From a virus, in IMG/VR virus record IMGVR_UViG_3300033571_019687, positions 69,875 to 133,874 of that record: a stretch of DNA of 64,000 bases, one strand, 5' to 3'. A program made the position numbers and the translations under genes. The notes under the pieces were generated by a model. The model made no database searches, had not been told where the DNA came from, and worked only from the letters and a program-made list of their open reading frames with translations. Each line of letters begins with the position of its first letter. Position 1 is the first letter of the stretch. Below are positions 61,790-64,000 of this stretch, in pieces.

Positions 61790-61868
61790 TTGTGCATAGT
61801 CATTCAGTGATTTACATCAAGCCCTTTCTCGGTTTACCAAAAACAATCATTGGTTCATTCTTGCACAA
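61790..61868 (+). ncRNA. TTACATC-family RNA copy C
   Basis: CAGTGAT-TTACATC-[20 nt hairpin AAGCC-CTTTCTC-GGTTT]-AAAAACA-ATCATTG; outer TTGTGCA/TGCACAA. Confidence 0.75.
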
Positions 61869-61875
61869 AACTTAT

Positions 61876-62022
61876 TGATAACAAATTGTTGTTAAATAGT
61901 GATTTACATCCATTTCAAGGGGGAAACGTTGGTTCAAATCCAACCTGTGCTGTCACCAGCCGGTCGTCTAGCGGTAGGACACTCAAAAAAACAATCATTA
62001 TACCATTCTCATTTTGTTATTA
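61876..62022 (+). ncRNA. TTACATC-family RNA copy D carrying a circularly permuted tRNA-Glu-like domain
   Basis: TAGTGAT-TTACATC-[3' half TTC..T arm, linker, 5' half D arm]-AAAAACA-ATCATTA; outer TGATAACAAA/TTTGTTATTA. Confidence 0.78.
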
Positions 62023-62029
62023 AACTTAC

Positions 62030-62110
62030 TGATAATTATTGCAGTGAATTAAACATTTACATCTAATTTGGAAAGAAAAACAATGTTTATATAATTCTCG
62101 ATAATTATTA
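62030..62110 (+). ncRNA. TTACATC-family RNA copy E (minimal cargo)
   Basis: TAAACAT-TTACATC-[12 nt]-AAAAACA-ATGTTTA with compensatory stem changes. Confidence 0.75.
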
Positions 62111-62118
62111 AACTCATT

Positions 62119-62249
62119 AACTGTGGTAAATTTATGATTTACATCTAAATCAGCGTGTCATTGGTTCAAGTCCAATTAAGTTCAAAAGACTTATAGCTCA
62201 GACGGTAGAGCAGCCGACTAAAAACATGATCATAGAGTAATTCCCAGTT
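62119..62249 (+). ncRNA. TTACATC-family RNA copy F carrying a near-complete circularly permuted tRNA
   Basis: TTATGAT-TTACATC-[74 nt]-AAAAACATG-ATCATAG; outer AACTG/CAGTT. Confidence 0.8.
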
Positions 62250-62254
62250 TTTTT

Positions 62255-62311
62255 CGCTTAGTTGAATGCAATGAGAATATATCTCAGTAGGCTCGATTCC
62301 TACCTAAGCGA
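62255..62311 (+). ncRNA. 57-nt tRNA-like mini-RNA (acceptor + T arm, no D stem, no anticodon loop)
   Basis: CGCTTAG/CTAAGCG, GTAGG-CTCGATT-CCTAC, TGAGA-ATATA-TCTCA. Confidence 0.6.
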
Positions 62312-62356
62312 CATCAGTATATATTGGTGCGAATCCAGTTTTAAGGATTAAAATAT

Positions 62357-62430
62357 AGCGGGTGGTAGCAGTTGGTAGCTCGCAGGGCTCATAACCCTTG
62401 AGGTCGTCGGTTCAAGTCCGACCCCCGCCA
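62357..62430 (+). tRNA. Initiator-type tRNA-Met(CAT)
   Basis: 1:72 mismatch, GGG/CCC anticodon stem, loop CTCATAA. Confidence 0.85.
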
Positions 62431-62466
62431 CTATTATACAATTTCTTGTTGTTGTATAATATATTT

Positions 62467-62541
62467 GACTGTGAAGCTTAAGTGGTATATAGCGTTCGCC
62501 TGTTAAGCGAAGGACAGTAGGTTCGAGTCCTACCACAGTCG
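62467..62541 (+). tRNA. tRNA-Asn(GTT)
   Basis: GACTGTG / CACAGTC acceptor, loop CTGTTAA, G73. Confidence 0.92.
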
Positions 62542-62552
62542 CAAAAAAAATA

Positions 62553-62584
62553 TTTGCAAATATCAAAAACTTGTTGTATCTTTG
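62553..62584 (+). promoter_or_regulatory. Bacteroidota promoter P5 (internal to the cluster)
   Basis: TTTG, 20 nt, TATCTTTG. Confidence 0.82.
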
Positions 62585-62590
62585 CAATAT

Positions 62591-62860
62591 CAAATCACAG
62601 TAAGTGATAAAGATAAAGTCCGATCCAAAATAAATGTCGGTATTTTGGTGATGGCTTAATATGAAAATAACCGACATACCATATTCCAGATGGTTAAACT
62701 AAAGGTGAACTGGAATAGGTTGATTTATTATGCGCAGAATAGTCAATCGAAAAACTTTTTAAAGATTGTTAGGATCTTTAAAAAGAACCAAAAAATATCC
62801 TAACCGTGGCTACAGCGAAAAAAATGTGGCAGGTGAAGCTTCCTGCCTAAACGGAAGCAA
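62591..62860 (+). ncRNA. Pseudoknot-rich RNA resembling the mRNA-like part of tmRNA
   Basis: AUG-less frame ending LVMA-TAA in a hairpin loop, then three H-type pseudoknots (see findings). Confidence 0.55.
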
Positions 62861-62864
62861 TTTT

Positions 62865-62945
62865 GGGAGTGTTGGGCAATTGGCTGGCCCACCTGACTGT
62901 AAATCAGGCCTTAATCGCTTGTAGGTTCGAATCCTACCACTCCCA
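62865..62945 (+). tRNA. tRNA-Tyr(GTA)
   Basis: GGGAGTG / CACTCCC acceptor, loop CTGTAAA, long variable region. Confidence 0.92.
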
Positions 62946-62960
62946 CTTAGTTAATACAAT

Positions 62961-63033
62961 GTCCTCGTAGCTTAGCAGGTAGAGCCTTCCACTTTTAATG
63001 GAAATTGCGTGGTTTCGACTACCACCGAGGACA
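62961..63033 (+). tRNA. tRNA-Lys(TTT)
   Basis: GTCCTCG / CGAGGAC acceptor, loop CTTTTAA. Confidence 0.9.
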
Positions 63034-63036
63034 CAT

Positions 63037-63104
63037 TGTTTGGTAGCTTAATTAAAGCCCTTGATAGTACTGAGGCGATGCAAGTTAAAATCTTGCCCAA
63101 ACAA
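63037..63104 (+). tRNA. Degenerate tRNA-like gene, identity undetermined
   Basis: Perfect TGTTTGG/CCAAACA acceptor and D/T stems; T-loop TTAAAAT; poor anticodon arm around TAGTAC. Confidence 0.5.
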
Positions 63105-63142
63105 AAACATGGTTCATAATACGTTTATCGTGATTATGAATA

Positions 63143-63214
63143 GGTTTGTAGCTTAATGGTTAGAGCAGTTTGATTTTAATCAAATGATGGTAGGTTCGAG
63201 CCCTATCCAAACCA
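63143..63214 (+). tRNA. tRNA-Lys-like gene with a 6-nt anticodon loop and 6-bp acceptor
   Basis: TTTGA-TTTTAA-TCAAA; GGTTTG/CAAACC. Confidence 0.55.
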
Positions 63215-63225
63215 CCTTAGTTTAA

Positions 63226-63299
63226 GGGCTATTAGATCAATTGGTTAGATCACCTGACTCATAATCAGTAGGTTACAGGTTCGAGTCCTGTATGGCCCA
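63226..63299 (+). tRNA. tRNA(CAT), probably Ile2 (lysidine type) rather than elongator Met
   Basis: GGGCTAT/ATGGCCC acceptor, loop CTCATAA; Ile2 assignment inferred from resemblance only. Confidence 0.8.
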
Positions 63300-63377
63300 C
63301 GTAGTATAAATAAAAATTTTGCCGCAAAGCACGAAAAGTGCAGGTTATGTAGACGTGCATAATAAGGATTGGTTTAA

Positions 63378-63500
63378 GAAGAGGAGTTTGTGAATGATAT
63401 TATGATGTTTATGACATCATTATCAGGTCGTTTATATGGTTCACGCAGTGCAAAACGTAGGAAAAAAATAAAAGAAGATAAACAAAAAGAAAAATGTTAA
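63378..63500 (+). pseudogene. C-terminal remnant of an IS607-family serine recombinase TnpA
   Basis: EEEFVNDIMMFMTSLSGRLYGSRSAKRRK follows an in-frame TAA; catalytic N-terminus absent. Confidence 0.7.
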
Positions 63501-64000
63501 AGGGTGTTAAAATAAGGTTATATCCAAATAAAGAACAAGAAATTATATTTAATGGTTTGCTTGGTGGGTATCGCTTTGTTTATAATTCCGCTTTATCATA
63601 TAAAATAACCAAATACGAAACTGAAAGTAAATCAACTTCATTATCTGATACAAGCCATTATTTTCACCAAGATTTAAGAAATAACCATGACTGGTTAAAA
63701 GCACACAATACAAAAGTCATTAAGCAAGGTCTAAGAGATTTGGAAGTTGCATATAAAAATTTCTTTAAAAATGGTCGTGGGTTTCCTAAGTATAAGTCAA
63801 GGAAAGATGAACAACGTTGTCGTTTCCCTAAAGAAGCTGTGGCAAAAGACACATTTAAGAATGATATGTTAAACCTAACCAAAACTATTAATGGTATTAA
63901 TTTCTCGTGTTCTGAAAGAGATAGAAATTATCTATACAAAAATAAAGAGGGTATAAAGTCGGTTACCGTTATTAAAACTAAAACTGGTAAATATTTTGCA
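63494..64000 (+). mobile_element. tnpB: TnpB RNA-guided nuclease, N-terminal part, runs off the window
   Basis: Hand translation: MLKGVKIRLYPNKEQ...GGYRFVYNSAL...LEVAYKNFFKNGRGFPKYKSRK. Absent from the ORF track because no stop is reached. Confidence 0.88.

Noticed and set aside
61805-61852. Hairpin-ribozyme loop B (AAAAACA / TTACATC resembles AGAAACA / GUAUAUU)
   Set aside because: No helix 3 or loop A substrate (N-GUC with AGAA) could be found, so the resemblance is partial only.
60778-62145. TTTACATC repeats as a CRISPR array
   Set aside because: The identical core is too short, spacing is irregular, the flanks pair with each other, the intervals are tRNAs, and no cas genes are present.
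62139-62219. Amber-suppressor tRNA from copy F implying a TAG-recoded genome
   Set aside because: Long ORFs are intact under the standard code, and TAG ends genes (e.g. 52494, 60056). The CTA anticodon needs an unproven junction.
62314-62340. Additional tRNA fragment (TGG-TGCGAAT-CCA)
   Set aside because: Only a 3-bp T-arm-like remnant, with no acceptor or D arm.
62606-62630. RNase P RNA (GATAAAGTCCG resembles GAGGAAAGTCC)
   Set aside because: No matching 3' P4 strand or other conserved regions downstream.
62805-62860. HDV-like/theta ribozyme
   Set aside because: Strand order does not fit the nested double pseudoknot, and it lies 5' rather than 3' of a tRNA.
62348-63882. Minus-strand ORFs 62348-62677 and 63664-63882
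   Set aside because: They are antisense to tRNA genes and to tnpB respectively.

Overview
64 kb of an AT-rich jumbo myophage genome, nearly all on the + strand. The host is most likely Bacteroidota, because seven promoters match TTTG-N20-TAnnTTTG. Left to right the window holds: (1) the 3' part of a baseplate-hub-like gene ending in a lytic transglycosylase domain; (2) a T4-like recombination/replication block (gp32-like SSB, UvsX/RecA, 5'-3' exonuclease, DnaB-like helicase, NrdB, NrdA); (3) a 24 kb baseplate/tail block; (4) RuvC-like resolvase, primase, PD-(D/E)xK nuclease, an Mre11/Rad50-like pair and a sigma-70 factor; (5) putative head proteins; (6) an Hsp20 / two glycosyltransferases / ClpP module; (7) a 3 kb tRNA and ncRNA cluster behind four tandem host promoters; (8) an IS607-type TnpA remnant plus tnpB, cut by the window end. 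The best candidate for an undescribed system is in the tRNA cluster. Six related RNAs share a TTACATC / AAAA(A)C internal loop on co-varying stems, and their apical cargo ranges from 8 nt to almost complete circularly permuted tRNAs opened at the anticodon arm. This matches the architecture of YrlA-type Y RNAs, or of a natural permuted intron-exon design. Nearby are a tmRNA-like RNA (AUG-less frame ending LVMA-stop, then three pseudoknots, no tRNA domain) and a separate 57-nt tRNA-like mini-RNA. All RNA pairings and protein calls were made by eye from motifs; no folding or database search was run.
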